Positions 1 through 10,312 of a stretch of DNA of 64,000 nt are shown here, one piece after another. Source of the stretch: an uncultured Alphaproteobacteria bacterium (GTDB lineage: Bacteria; Pseudomonadota; Alphaproteobacteria; HIMB59; GCA-002718135); assembly GCA_902614085.1 (NCBI GenBank), contig CACMJS010000001.1:197397-261396 (forward strand). The letters are read 5' to 3'. Position 1 is the stretch's first letter; every line of letters begins with the position of its first letter. The position numbers were made by a program, and so were the translations under genes. The notes under the pieces were generated by a model. That model did no database searches. It was not told the origin of the DNA and saw nothing but the letters and a program-made list of their open reading frames with translations.

Positions 1-191
1 AACCACGGGTTACCTAAATAGTATGAACCAACAGCTGCCACAAATGCGGCCATGAGCATTTTACCTTCTAAACTAAAATCTATTACCCCAGATCTTTCAG
101 CAAATATACCAGCCATTGCTGCAAAAACTAAAGGTGTAGATATTCTTAAAGTAGAATTAATTAAAGAAGCAATATCAGATAAAAATTCCAT
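1..191 (-). CDS. Nucleoside/sugar ABC transporter permease 2 (partial, runs off window start)
   Basis: Hand translation from ATG at 191: MEFLSDIASLINSTLRISTPLVFAAMAGIFAERSGVIDFSLEGKML, a typical 'E(R/K)SGVxNxxLEGxML' permease motif; start overlaps the stop of the preceding permease. Confidence 0.85.
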   Translation of the reverse strand, partial: MEFLSDIASLINSTLRISTPLVFAAMAGIFAERSGVIDFSLEGKMLMAAFVAAVGSYYLGNPW

Positions 192-1312
192 TACGCATTT
201 ACCTCTCTATTGAGTCTTCTAACAAAAAAACTTTCTATTTGCGGTCTGAAAAGATTTTCTAATGCACCACTAAATAATATTATTAATCCTTGAACAGCAA
301 CGAACATGTATCTAGTTATGTTTGGCATTTCGAATGTAACTTCTGAACCTCCTTGGTATAAAATTCCAAATAAAAATGCTGCTGGTAAAATACCAATCGG
401 ATGATTTCTGCCCATTAGTGCAACTGCAATTCCTGTAAATCCATATCCTGCTGGAAAGCCTGCTTGAATTTTATGGCTTACACCAAGAATTTCATTGACG
501 CCAAGTAGTCCTGCTAAACCTCCAGAAATACACATCGCGATGATAATATTTTTATGAGGTGATATACCTGCATATATTGCTGCTTGAGTATTGTGTCCTA
601 CTGCTCGCATTTCATACCCCCATTTAGTTTTCCAAACTAAAAACCAAACAAAAAATAATGATGCAATTGCTAATAAAAAAGTTAGGTTAAGAGGTGAATA
701 TCTTATTTTTATACCAAGAATTCCAGAGAATGCTTCAAAGCTTGGTAACCAAATTTCTTCTGGCAGCTTTACCGTATGTGGTGCCATTTGATTTGTATCT
801 CTAATCACATCTACAAGTAAGAAAATCATTAAAGATGAAGCGATAAAATTAAACATAATTGTTGTAATAACAACATGACTTCCTCTTTTTGATTGAAGAT
901 AAGCAGGTATATAAGCCCATGCTGCACCAAATAAAAATGCACCGAAGATTGCTAAAAGCCAAACAATTGGAACAGGGAGAAAACTTAAATTTATTGCTAC
1001 TAAAAAAACACCTAAACCACCTATGTATGCTTGACCTTCTCCTCCAATATTAAATAGTCTACAATGAAAGGCTACAGCAAAAGCTAGGCCGGTAAAAATA
1101 AAATTTGTTGTGTAATAAAGTGTATAAGCAAATCCTTGGATATAACCAAATGATCCATAAATAATTAACTTAACTGCCTCTATTGGATTTTCACCTGCAA
1201 TAAAAACAAAAAGTCCTGAAACTAATAATGCTAATGTTAAGTTTACCAATGGAACAATAACATTAGAGACCCACCATGGAACTTTTGATTTATCGACTAC
1301 AATATTACTCAT
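191..1312 (-). CDS. Nucleoside/sugar ABC transporter permease (BPD_transp_2 family)
   Basis: Multi-TM protein with FNIGGEGQ and GYEMRAVG...AAIYAGI motifs; in operon with ATPase and BMP protein. Confidence 0.9.
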   Translation of the reverse strand: MSNIVVDKSKVPWWVSNVIVPLVNLTLALLVSGLFVFIAGENPIEAVKLIIYGSFGYIQGFAYTLYYTTNFIFTGLAFAVAFHCRLFNIGGEGQAYIGGLGVFLVAINLSFLPVPIVWLLAIFGAFLFGAAWAYIPAYLQSKRGSHVVITTIMFNFIASSLMIFLLVDVIRDTNQMAPHTVKLPEEIWLPSFEAFSGILGIKIRYSPLNLTFLLAIASLFFVWFLVWKTKWGYEMRAVGHNTQAAIYAGISPHKNIIIAMCISGGLAGLLGVNEILGVSHKIQAGFPAGYGFTGIAVALMGRNHPIGILPAAFLFGILYQGGSEVTFEMPNITRYMFVAVQGLIILFSGALENLFRPQIESFFVRRLNREVNA

Positions 1313-2832
1313 TATGCAACACCAGCCATTAGCAATCCTAGCTCACGATCAGTAACATTTTTATTTTCCTTTTCTCCAACAATTTTTCCATCAAACATAA
1401 CAATTATTCTGTCAGATAAGGATAAGATTTCATCTAACTCAACTGATGCTAATAGTATTGCTGCGCCTTTATCTCTCATATCAATAAGACGTTGATGAAT
1501 AAACTCGATTGCTCCAATATCTACACCTCTTGTTGGCTGCCCCACTAAAAGAACTTTTGGATTTTCATTAAGCTCTCTACTCAAAATAATTTTTTGTTGA
1601 TTACCTCCTGAAAAATTAGATGTTATTAAGTTTGGAGAATTAGGTCGAACATCATATTCTTGCATAACCTTATTTGAGTATTCAGTAATTTCTTTATTGT
1701 TCAAAATTGCTGATTTTGAATATGGCTCTTGATCATGATAACCAAAAATTAAATTTTCATAAGCCTTGAAATCGCTTATTAAACCCATTCTTTGCCTGTC
1801 TTCAGGTACATGCGCTAAACCTTTTTCTTTAAGCATTCTTGGGTTTAAGAAGTTATTCTGATCAGAAATTTTTTCACCAAATAATTCAATACTTCCAGAC
1901 TCTACTTTTCTAATTCCTGAAAGTGCTTCTAATAATTCAGTTTGTCCATTACCAGTTACGCCAGCAATACCAAGAATTTCTCCTGAACATATTTCTAGGT
2001 TTACATCTTTTACACGCGTTACATCTAGATCGTCTTTAACTGAAAGATTATTAACTTTGAATATGGTTTCCCCTTTTTTAATTTCTTTTTTATCAACTCT
2101 AAGTAAGACACTTCTTCCTACCATCATTTCAGCTAGTTGTTCTTTGCTTGTATCTTCAGTTTTTGTATGCCCAACCATTTCGCCTTGACGCATCACTGAT
2201 ACTTCGCTTGTTAAATCCATTATTTCAATTAGTTTATGCGTAATTAATACTATAGTTTTGCCTTCATCTTTTAGTGAACGAAGAATTTTAAATAATTCAT
2301 CAACTTCTTGAGGTGTAAGAACGCCTGTTGGCTCATCAAGAATTAAAATTTCTGCTCCTCTGTATAAAGATTTTAATATTTCTACTCTTTGACGAAAACC
2401 TACAGATAAATCTGAAATAGTAGCATCAAGATCAATATTAAAATTATATGTTTTACATAATTTTTCTAAATCTTCTTTTGCCTTTTGTAATTTTTCTCCA
2501 AATACTGTTTCACCTTCAAAACCAAGAATTATATTTTCGAGTACAGTAAAATTTTCTACCAACATAAAATGTTGGTGAACCATTCCAATGCCGTTTATTA
2601 TTGAATCTCTTGGTGATCTTAAGTTAATTTCTTTTCCATTAATTTTAATTGAGCCTGAGTTAGCCTGATAAAGACCAAAGACTATACTCATCAAAGTAGA
2701 TTTGCCTGCACCGTTTTCTCCAATTATGCCGTGAATTGTTCCTTTATTTATTTTGAGATTAATATTTTTGTTGGCCTGAACATGACCAAATGATTTATTT
2801 ATATCCGTTAATTCTAAAATAGGTGAGACCAT
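1312..2832 (-). CDS. ABC transporter ATP-binding protein, two NBDs (CUT2/nucleoside type)
   Basis: Walker A GENGAGKST, ILDEPT, second domain SGGNQQK and QPTRGVDIGA. Confidence 0.95.
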   Translation of the reverse strand: MVSPILELTDINKSFGHVQANKNINLKINKGTIHGIIGENGAGKSTLMSIVFGLYQANSGSIKINGKEINLRSPRDSIINGIGMVHQHFMLVENFTVLENIILGFEGETVFGEKLQKAKEDLEKLCKTYNFNIDLDATISDLSVGFRQRVEILKSLYRGAEILILDEPTGVLTPQEVDELFKILRSLKDEGKTIVLITHKLIEIMDLTSEVSVMRQGEMVGHTKTEDTSKEQLAEMMVGRSVLLRVDKKEIKKGETIFKVNNLSVKDDLDVTRVKDVNLEICSGEILGIAGVTGNGQTELLEALSGIRKVESGSIELFGEKISDQNNFLNPRMLKEKGLAHVPEDRQRMGLISDFKAYENLIFGYHDQEPYSKSAILNNKEITEYSNKVMQEYDVRPNSPNLITSNFSGGNQQKIILSRELNENPKVLLVGQPTRGVDIGAIEFIHQRLIDMRDKGAAILLASVELDEILSLSDRIIVMFDGKIVGEKENKNVTDRELGLLMAGVA

Positions 2833-2878
2833 AAATTATTTATTAATCTTTGGTCTCACCAAATATTTATTTTAGTAT

Positions 2879-3856
2879 CTACTCTTGCGACCAGTCAGCA
2901 ACAACTAGAGCACCGCTCGCAATGTCAGCAGCAGCAGCATCTGCGGCAGCAGCCATTTCAGATGTTACCATTCCATCTTCAGTTGCATAACCAACCATTC
3001 CTTCTGAAAGACCAAGAATGTTTATGCCAGATTCAAATCTGCCTGACTCAACATTTTTAGCTTGCTCAAAAATCGTTAGATCTAATCTCTTTAACATTGA
3101 TGTTAACATGTTACCTGGGTGCATCCAGTTTTGATTAGAGTCAACTCCGATACCCATAATGCCAGCATCAGCCGCAGCTTGAAGAACACCAATACCCGTT
3201 CCACCAGCAGCTTGGTATACAACGTCAGCGCCACCATCAATTTGAGCTTTTGTTAATTCTGCACCTTTTGTTGGGTTATTCCATGCTTCGTTTGTAGTTC
3301 CAGTCATATTAGCTAAAACAGTTATATCTGGATTTACATATTGTGCACCTTGCTCATAACCACCTTGGAATTTTCTAATTAGAGGAATATCCATTCCACC
3401 GACGAAACCTATTGTTCCACTTTTAGAAGCCATAGCAGCCATCATTCCAACCAAGAAAGAACCTTCATGTTCTTTATAACAAGCTTGATAAATATTATTA
3501 TTTGGATCGTCTAACCAACAAACATCAACTGCAACAAATTTTATATCTGGGTAATCAGCTGAAACTGCTGCAACTGCATCAGCTTGAGCAAATCCCATTC
3601 CTACGATCATTGTTGCTCCTCTATCAGCAATCTTACGCATACCTTGCTCGATCTGATTGTCGTTTGCAGATTCAAACTCAATCATGCCCCAGCCAAGTTC
3701 ATTAACAACTCTCTCAGCTGTATTGAATGCTAATTCGTTAAATGATTTGTCAAATTTTCCTCCAGAGTCATATACAACTCCAATTGTGTTTGCGAACGCA
3801 CTTGAAGAGAAGACAAGAGCGAAAGAAACCGAAAAAATACTTAAAATTTTCTTCAT
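2879..3856 (-). CDS. BMP-family (purine nucleoside) ABC substrate-binding protein
   Basis: Signal peptide; GGKFDKSFN, EHEGSFLVG, GADVVYQAAGGTGIG, IGVDSNQ, TSMLKR motifs. Confidence 0.9.
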   Translation of the reverse strand: MKKILSIFSVSFALVFSSSAFANTIGVVYDSGGKFDKSFNELAFNTAERVVNELGWGMIEFESANDNQIEQGMRKIADRGATMIVGMGFAQADAVAAVSADYPDIKFVAVDVCWLDDPNNNIYQACYKEHEGSFLVGMMAAMASKSGTIGFVGGMDIPLIRKFQGGYEQGAQYVNPDITVLANMTGTTNEAWNNPTKGAELTKAQIDGGADVVYQAAGGTGIGVLQAAADAGIMGIGVDSNQNWMHPGNMLTSMLKRLDLTIFEQAKNVESGRFESGINILGLSEGMVGYATEDGMVTSEMAAAADAAAADIASGALVVADWSQE

Positions 3857-3973
3857 ACCAAAAATCCCCCTTAAATATGAATTATAGATATCCCATTGAT
3901 AACATTTTCTTGATAAAAAAATGCATTAAAAAATGAGATTATGGATAAATAATAGGATTTTTTATGGATAACT

Positions 3974-4594
3974 TCAAGTACCCATATACCTATCGCCTGC
4001 GTCACCTAATCCCGGTACAATGAACTTATTTTTATTCAATTTAGCATCAATGTTGCAAGTAAATATATGAATGCCTTTTTGCTTTTTTTGAATATTTTTA
4101 ATACCTTCAGGAGCTGCTAGCAAAGACACTAAAAATATATCTTTTATATTAACGCCTTTGTTTTTTATTAGATTGATTGCAGCAATTGAAGAATTACCTG
4201 TGGCCAACATTGGGTCTAGAATTAACACTTTTTTATTTTTAACTCTTGGAAGTTTAAAGAGGTATTCTACAGGTTCATAAGTTTGTTCGTCGCGGTATAA
4301 ACCTATGTGACCTTTTTCAGCTTCCGGTAAAAATTTTGCAAACCCCTCAAGTAACCCTAAACCGGCACGTAAAATTGGGACCAAAATTATGGGTTGACCC
4401 AAGGACATACCGCTCATTTTTTTTAGAGGTGTTTCAATTGTTTGTTTTTTAAATGGAACGTATTGAAGGACATCAGAAGCAATGAGGTAGCTTATTTCAT
4501 TCATAGTTTGTCTAAAAACAGTATTTGATGTTTTTTTATTTCGTAAAATTGTTAGTTTGTATTGAACGAATGGTGATTTAATTACTGTAATCAT
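3974..4594 (-). CDS. upp: Uracil phosphoribosyltransferase
   Basis: VPILRAGLG, LDPMLATGNS, IVPGLGDAGDR motifs. Confidence 0.97.
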   Translation of the reverse strand: MITVIKSPFVQYKLTILRNKKTSNTVFRQTMNEISYLIASDVLQYVPFKKQTIETPLKKMSGMSLGQPIILVPILRAGLGLLEGFAKFLPEAEKGHIGLYRDEQTYEPVEYLFKLPRVKNKKVLILDPMLATGNSSIAAINLIKNKGVNIKDIFLVSLLAAPEGIKNIQKKQKGIHIFTCNIDAKLNKNKFIVPGLGDAGDRYMGT

Positions 4595-4614
4595 ATGCGA
4601 TTACATATATAGAA

Positions 4615-5115
4615 ATGCCACTAAGAGCAATGCGGTTATCAATTTATTTTTTAACATTAGTGTTTTTATCTAGCTGTACGACTATTGAGGTTGGAAGAGA
4701 GGTTGTTAAAGTTGGGACAGTTGTAAAAGATAAAGTTGAGGAAACTATTATAAAAAAAGAGCCAGAAATTATTGAAGATAAAACTATTGTTGAAGAGCAA
4801 CAAATTATCACTGAGGAAAAAGAAGAGGAAAAAACTATAGTTAAGGAGCAGCAAAAAATAGCAGAAATAAATTTCATGGGAAAACAACTTGCTGAGATAA
4901 AACAAAAACTAGGACAGCCTAATTTAGCACGCTCTGATGGTTCAATTCATATGATGCGATATGATAGTAGTTCATGCAGATTATTTATTTTCTTCAATTT
5001 AAATTCTAATACTAAAAGAGTAGAGTATTTTGAATTTCGAGATTCTTTAGGAGAACTTATAAATACAAAGCAGTCTCTAGAGGAGTGTTATAAAGAATAC
5101 GACTTTACTAGCTAA
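4615..5115 (+). CDS. Hypothetical lipoprotein
   Basis: Lipobox-like FLSSC after a hydrophobic stretch; charged linker; C-terminal LGQPxxxRxDG..MRY...CRLFIFF domain. Start may be 4630. Confidence 0.65.
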   Translation: MPLRAMRLSIYFLTLVFLSSCTTIEVGREVVKVGTVVKDKVEETIIKKEPEIIEDKTIVEEQQIITEEKEEEKTIVKEQQKIAEINFMGKQLAEIKQKLGQPNLARSDGSIHMMRYDSSSCRLFIFFNLNSNTKRVEYFEFRDSLGELINTKQSLEECYKEYDFTS

Positions 5116-8100
5116 TTTCGACAAGAAGATCTTTTGTTTCCACATTATCACCAGATGCAACATTAATTGATTTGATTGTTCCACTTTTATCAGCGTTTAT
5201 TGTTGTTTCCATTTTCATAGCCTCGATCACTAGTAACTTATCACCTTTAATCACCTTACTACCTGATTGAACAAATATTTTTGCAACCTGACCTGGTAAA
5301 GGTGATCCAACGTGATCCAGATTATTATCATCTGCTTTTGCTCTTTGTGTTATATTTTTTGAAAATTCTTTATTTTCTATGTCTATTGTTCTTGGTTGTC
5401 CGTTAATTTCAAAAAACACTGAGCACTTACCATTACTATTAACTTCACTTTTTGCTAAGTATCGTAAAATAAGATTTTTTCCTTTATCAATTTCTATCGT
5501 GTATTCTTTATCTTGTTGAGGACCATAGAAAAATAACTCAGTTGATAAAATTGATGTATCACTAAACTCCTTAAAATGATCAACATAATCTTTGAAAACT
5601 TTTGGATACATTAGGTATGACGCTAGATGTGTTTGATTAATTTTCATCCCTATTTCATCTTCTAAATTTTTGGCTTCTTTATCTAAATCAACTGATTCTA
5701 AAACTTCCCCTGGTCTTTTTGTTAAAGGTTTTGTATCGCCAAGAACTTTCTTTTGTAGTTCTTTTGGAAAGCCTCCTTGAGGTATACCAATCTCCCCCTT
5801 AAAAAATTCGATGACTGAAGCAGGAAAAGAAATTTCTTTTTTTGGGTCTAAAACATCTTCTTTGGATAAATCATTAGCAATCATATAGAGCGCCATATCA
5901 CCTACAATTTTAGAAGAAGGTGTAACTTTAACAATATCACCAAAAAGTTGGTTTACCTCTGCATATTTATTAGCAACCAATCCCCACTTATCAGTTGTAA
6001 TTCCTAGTGATCTCGCTTGTTCTTTTAGATTAGTGAACTGCCCACCAGGCATTTGGTGAAGATAAACATCAGAACTTCCGCCTTTGAAATCAGTTTCAAA
6101 TGCATGATAATTTTGACGAACTTGTTCCCAATATAAAGATAGTGTTCTTATAACCTCTTCATCAAGTTTTGGGTCTTGATGGTTTTGTTTCATTATAGAT
6201 ACGATTGATCCAAGTGCAGGTTGTGATGTCAATCCACTCATCGAGTCAATTGCAAGGTCAACGATATCTACCTTTTCTTCTATTGCCGCAAGAACCGATG
6301 CTGATGAAGTGCCAGATGTATCGTGAGTATGGAAATGAATTGGAAGATCGGTTGTTTGTTTAATTTCATTAACTAATTTTTTTATAGCATTAGGTTTTGC
6401 TAATCCCGCCATATCTTTAATAGCGATAATATGTGCTCCTGCTTTTTCTAAATCTTTAACAAGATCAATATAATATTTTAATGTATATTTTTTCTCATTT
6501 GGATCAGTTACATCATTTGTATAACAAATAGTTCCTTCACAAATTTTATTTTGATTGCGTACTTCATCAATTGCAACACGCATATTATCAATTAGATTTA
6601 ATGAGTCAAAAACTCGGAATACATCAATTCCAGCTTCTGCTGATTGTTGAATGAAATGTTTAACAACGTTATCTGGATAATTTTTATATCCAACAGCATT
6701 AGATCCCCTAAAGAGCATTTGTTTAAGAAGGTTAGGAGCCCTTTTATTTAATCTCGCTAATCTATCCCAAGGATCCTCTTTTAAAAAACGCATCGATGTA
6801 TCGAAGGTTGCACCGCCCCAACATTCTAATGAGAACAAGTTGCTTAGATTTTCACTATAATATTCAGCAATATTAATAAGATCATCCGTTCTCATTCTTG
6901 TAGCAAGAAGCGATTGGTGTGCATCACGCATCGTTGTATCAGTAATTAGGGTGTAAGGTGTTTCTTTTATTTTATTTGCAAATTTTTCTGGACCTAAAGT
7001 TTGTAAATCCCTTACATAATTATTTTTTTCACTTTTAGTGTTTGAAATAGGAATTTGAACTTCTACAGTCGAATTGTTACTGACTCTTCCAGATACATCA
7101 TTGTGTCCATTTACAATTATATTTCCAAGATAAGATACGATTTTTGATGCTCGATCTTTTTGAGGATTATAAGCATAGAGCTCTTTTTTAGTATCCACAA
7201 AATTGGTATTGTAATTTCCTTCAAGGAAATCTTTATTGTTTATAAGAGACTCAAGAAATACTAAATTTGTTTTAACACCTCTAATTCTAAATTCTCGTAA
7301 GGCCCTATCCATTCTTTTAATACAGTCGTCTTGATGTTTTGCCCAAGTTGTTACTTTTACAAGTAAAGAATCATAATACGGTGTGATGATCGAACCTGAA
7401 GAAGCATTTGCTGCATCTAGCCTGACTCCAAAACCAGCGGCTGATCGGTAAGTCATTATCTTCCCATAATCTGGCATAAAATTATTAAGCGGATCTTCGG
7501 TAGTAACTCTACATTGAATAGCAAATCCATTTAGATGAATATCTTCTTGTTTAGGAAGAGCTGGATGATTGCCAATTTTTTCACCTTCTGCAATTTTAAT
7601 TTGAGCTTTTACAATATCAATACCAGTTACTTCTTCTGTTACTGTATGTTCAACTTGAATTCTTGGGTTAACTTCAATGAAATAGAATTCACCTGATTTT
7701 TTATCAAACAAAAATTCAACAGTTCCTGCGCCAAAGTATTTAACTTGTTTTGCAATTTTAATAGCAGCGTTACAAATTTCTTCTCGAGTTTTATTTTCAA
7801 GAAAATGTGCAGGTGCTCTTTCAATAATCTTTTGATGCCTTCTTTGAAGAGAACAATCTCTTTCAAAAAGATGTATAATATTTCCGTGTCTGTCACCTAA
7901 AATTTGAACTTCAATATGCGCAGCATCTTCTAAAAATTTTTCTATAAATACTTCATCTTTTCCAAAAGCTTTAAGTGACTCACTTTGAGCAGTTGTAATT
8001 TGATCTATTAATTCATTGCTTGATTTAACAACACGCATTCCTCGACCGCCACCACCCCAACTAGCTTTAACAATTACTGGGTAACCAATTTTCTCAACTT

Positions 8101-8551
8101 CTTTTTCAACACTTTTTAAATTTTCTTTTGTTACAAGAACAGACGGAACGGTACCTACCTTTGCTTCTTCCGCAACTTTTTTAGCTTCAGTTTTATTTCC
8201 AAACCTTTTTAGTATTTCTTTACTAGGTCCAATAAATGTTATGTCATTTTTTTCACACTGCTCAGCCAGTTCAGGACTCTCAGATAAAAATCCATAACCT
8301 GGATGGATAGCATCAACCTTTGCATCTTTAGCAATTTTAATAATCGAGTCTATGTCCAAATATGCTTGAATTGGACCTTTGCCTTCACCAACTAAATAAC
8401 TTTCATCTGTTTTAAATCGGTGAATAGCAAAACGATCTTCTTTAGAATAAATAGCAGCTGTTTTAATACCAGACTCTTCAGCAGCTCTAAAAATTCGAAT
8501 AGCAATCTCACTTCTGTTTGCTGCTAAAATTTTACCAATCTTTTTCATCAA
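5108..8551 (-). CDS. pyc: Pyruvate carboxylase (single chain)
   Basis: Biotin carboxylase N-terminus (ANRSEIAIR, HPGYGFLSE, ERDCSLQRRHQK), CT domain (RDAHQSLLATR, KDMAG, HTHDT), biotin carrier EAMKM. Confidence 0.97.
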   Translation of the reverse strand: MMKKIGKILAANRSEIAIRIFRAAEESGIKTAAIYSKEDRFAIHRFKTDESYLVGEGKGPIQAYLDIDSIIKIAKDAKVDAIHPGYGFLSESPELAEQCEKNDITFIGPSKEILKRFGNKTEAKKVAEEAKVGTVPSVLVTKENLKSVEKEVEKIGYPVIVKASWGGGGRGMRVVKSSNELIDQITTAQSESLKAFGKDEVFIEKFLEDAAHIEVQILGDRHGNIIHLFERDCSLQRRHQKIIERAPAHFLENKTREEICNAAIKIAKQVKYFGAGTVEFLFDKKSGEFYFIEVNPRIQVEHTVTEEVTGIDIVKAQIKIAEGEKIGNHPALPKQEDIHLNGFAIQCRVTTEDPLNNFMPDYGKIMTYRSAAGFGVRLDAANASSGSIITPYYDSLLVKVTTWAKHQDDCIKRMDRALREFRIRGVKTNLVFLESLINNKDFLEGNYNTNFVDTKKELYAYNPQKDRASKIVSYLGNIIVNGHNDVSGRVSNNSTVEVQIPISNTKSEKNNYVRDLQTLGPEKFANKIKETPYTLITDTTMRDAHQSLLATRMRTDDLINIAEYYSENLSNLFSLECWGGATFDTSMRFLKEDPWDRLARLNKRAPNLLKQMLFRGSNAVGYKNYPDNVVKHFIQQSAEAGIDVFRVFDSLNLIDNMRVAIDEVRNQNKICEGTICYTNDVTDPNEKKYTLKYYIDLVKDLEKAGAHIIAIKDMAGLAKPNAIKKLVNEIKQTTDLPIHFHTHDTSGTSSASVLAAIEEKVDIVDLAIDSMSGLTSQPALGSIVSIMKQNHQDPKLDEEVIRTLSLYWEQVRQNYHAFETDFKGGSSDVYLHQMPGGQFTNLKEQARSLGITTDKWGLVANKYAEVNQLFGDIVKVTPSSKIVGDMALYMIANDLSKEDVLDPKKEISFPASVIEFFKGEIGIPQGGFPKELQKKVLGDTKPLTKRPGEVLESVDLDKEAKNLEDEIGMKINQTHLASYLMYPKVFKDYVDHFKEFSDTSILSTELFFYGPQQDKEYTIEIDKGKNLILRYLAKSEVNSNGKCSVFFEINGQPRTIDIENKEFSKNITQRAKADDNNLDHVGSPLPGQVAKIFVQSGSKVIKGDKLLVIEAMKMETTINADKSGTIKSINVASGDNVETKDLLVEIS

Positions 8552-8760
8552 GCCACCATTAAATAAGGATTATTACTTAATATTTTTTCGGGGATGCATC
8601 TATATGTTCCTTACTAAATTAGCAAGAGATCAAAGGAATTTAGCCATTTTTTAGGATTTGGAAGCAATCATAAATTAATAATAAAATGGAAATTATCGAT
8701 TTAATATCTGTGCACATATGTCCCTTTATCAGAAAGGTTATTTTATATTAATGTCAAATT

Positions 8761-9207
8761 ATGAATTCATTAAATGAAAATATAAGACCTTATCAAAGCT
8801 GTTCTAAATCAGTCTTTTTAGTTTTAGGAATTATTTTTATAAGTTGGATTTCATTATTCTCTATTTTTCTTATTGTACAAGGTGCATGGCCTGTATCTAT
8901 ATTTCTTGGACTTGAATATCTGATAATTTTTTATTTAATCCGTTTATATTTCAAAGAAAAAAATATTAAGGATGAAATAAACATTAATCAAAAAGAAATA
9001 TCTATTAAAAAATATAAAGGTAATGAACTTTTACATTCATCTAAATTTAGCACTTATTGGTCCAAAGTTTTTTTTACAAAACTTAAAAATACTTCCAAGT
9101 TATCAATAAGAGAATCAGATAAAGAAACTGAAGTTGCAACTTTCTTGCATGCTGATTTAAAAGAGGGTTTATATTTAAGAATTAAAAAACAATTAAATTT
9201 ATATTAA
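8761..9207 (+). CDS. DUF2244-like small membrane protein
   Basis: RPYQS start, two TM helices with GAWPVSIFLGLE, C-terminal EVATFL. Confidence 0.7.
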   Translation: MNSLNENIRPYQSCSKSVFLVLGIIFISWISLFSIFLIVQGAWPVSIFLGLEYLIIFYLIRLYFKEKNIKDEININQKEISIKKYKGNELLHSSKFSTYWSKVFFTKLKNTSKLSIRESDKETEVATFLHADLKEGLYLRIKKQLNLY

Positions 9208-10292
9208 TTTTTTTTAAAACTTTTAAAAATATTATTTACGAAATTTTGTTCATTCCATTCTGATGGCCCAGATCCTATTCTTGTTATTATTAAGTCATAA
9301 GATGGTATAATATAACATCTATTAGAGTTGTATCCTTCCAAAGCATAAGTGTCTCTTGGTAAAGATGGCCATCGAAGGCCGTCTGAATTTATCCAAAATT
9401 GATATCCGTAAGATGAATTTAAATTTTGTGATTTTGTAGTTGCTAGGTCTATATAATCTGAAGATAATATTTTAATATTATTCCATTGTCCTTTTTTGAG
9501 CATGAAATATCCAAAGCGTGATAAATCTCTGGCTGAAATGTGAAGACCAACATGCGATGAGGTAAATGGACCTAAAAAATTTCCACCACCGTGAATATCC
9601 CAACTAGCGTTCTCTATACCAATTATTCTAAAAAGTTTTTCATATAAATATTCATGAATATTTTTTTTTGTTATTTCAAAAAAAACAAATGAAAGTAAAG
9701 CCACTGCTGGATCAGAATATTCCCATTGTTTTCCAGGTTCAGAAGATAAAATATCGACTGACTTTCCATATCTATTCTCACATTTTCCAATAGCAAATTC
9801 AAATGGACCATTTTGAGGTCCAGTCACTAAGCCATAAATATCATTATTTTCTCCTTTTAAACCTGAAGTCATAGACAATAAATGGTGTAAATTGATATTT
9901 TTTTTTCTTGAGTCGTTTTTTATAAAATCTTTTGGAAGAAAATTGTAGATAGGTGTTTGTAAATTTATATCTAAATTTTTTTTAGATTTATTTTTTTTTA
10001 TTTCTTCTAATAAAAACATCCATGCAATTCCAGTGAATGATTTTGTACAAGACCATATATCAAAACGACTTTGCGGCAATGTCATGAAACTATGATTTTC
10101 ATAAACTAAATAGCCATCTTTAATAATGACTGTACTTTGAGGATGGTTTCCAAAAAACAATTGTTGGCGTTTTATTTCTAGTTCAATTAAATTAAAATTG
10201 ATATTTAGTAATTTTGATGCGTGATCAGTTGATATGAGTCTCCAGCCGCCCTCAATTTCTCTATTAGGAAAGTATGAAATATCTTTACTCAT
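9204..10292 (-). CDS. Serine hydrolase, beta-lactamase class C/NylB-like family
   Basis: SxxK (SCTK), LLSMTSGL, PGxxWEYSD, ISARDLSRFG, YGYQFW motifs; no signal peptide. Confidence 0.85.
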   Translation of the reverse strand: MSKDISYFPNREIEGGWRLISTDHASKLLNINFNLIELEIKRQQLFFGNHPQSTVIIKDGYLVYENHSFMTLPQSRFDIWSCTKSFTGIAWMFLLEEIKKNKSKKNLDINLQTPIYNFLPKDFIKNDSRKKNINLHHLLSMTSGLKGENNDIYGLVTGPQNGPFEFAIGKCENRYGKSVDILSSEPGKQWEYSDPAVALLSFVFFEITKKNIHEYLYEKLFRIIGIENASWDIHGGGNFLGPFTSSHVGLHISARDLSRFGYFMLKKGQWNNIKILSSDYIDLATTKSQNLNSSYGYQFWINSDGLRWPSLPRDTYALEGYNSNRCYIIPSYDLIITRIGSGPSEWNEQNFVNNIFKSFKKN

Positions 10293-10312
10293 ACATTAAA
10301 ATTTCAAGATAT

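Noticed and set aside
3857-3973. Purine riboswitch upstream of the BMP transporter
   Set aside because: AT-rich gap with no recognisable aptamer core or stable stems.
8552-8760. Possible ncRNA in the 209-bp pyc/DUF2244 gap (CTAAATT...AATTTAG inverted repeat)
   Set aside because: Short AT-only stem that is expected by chance; the gap is explained by divergent promoters.
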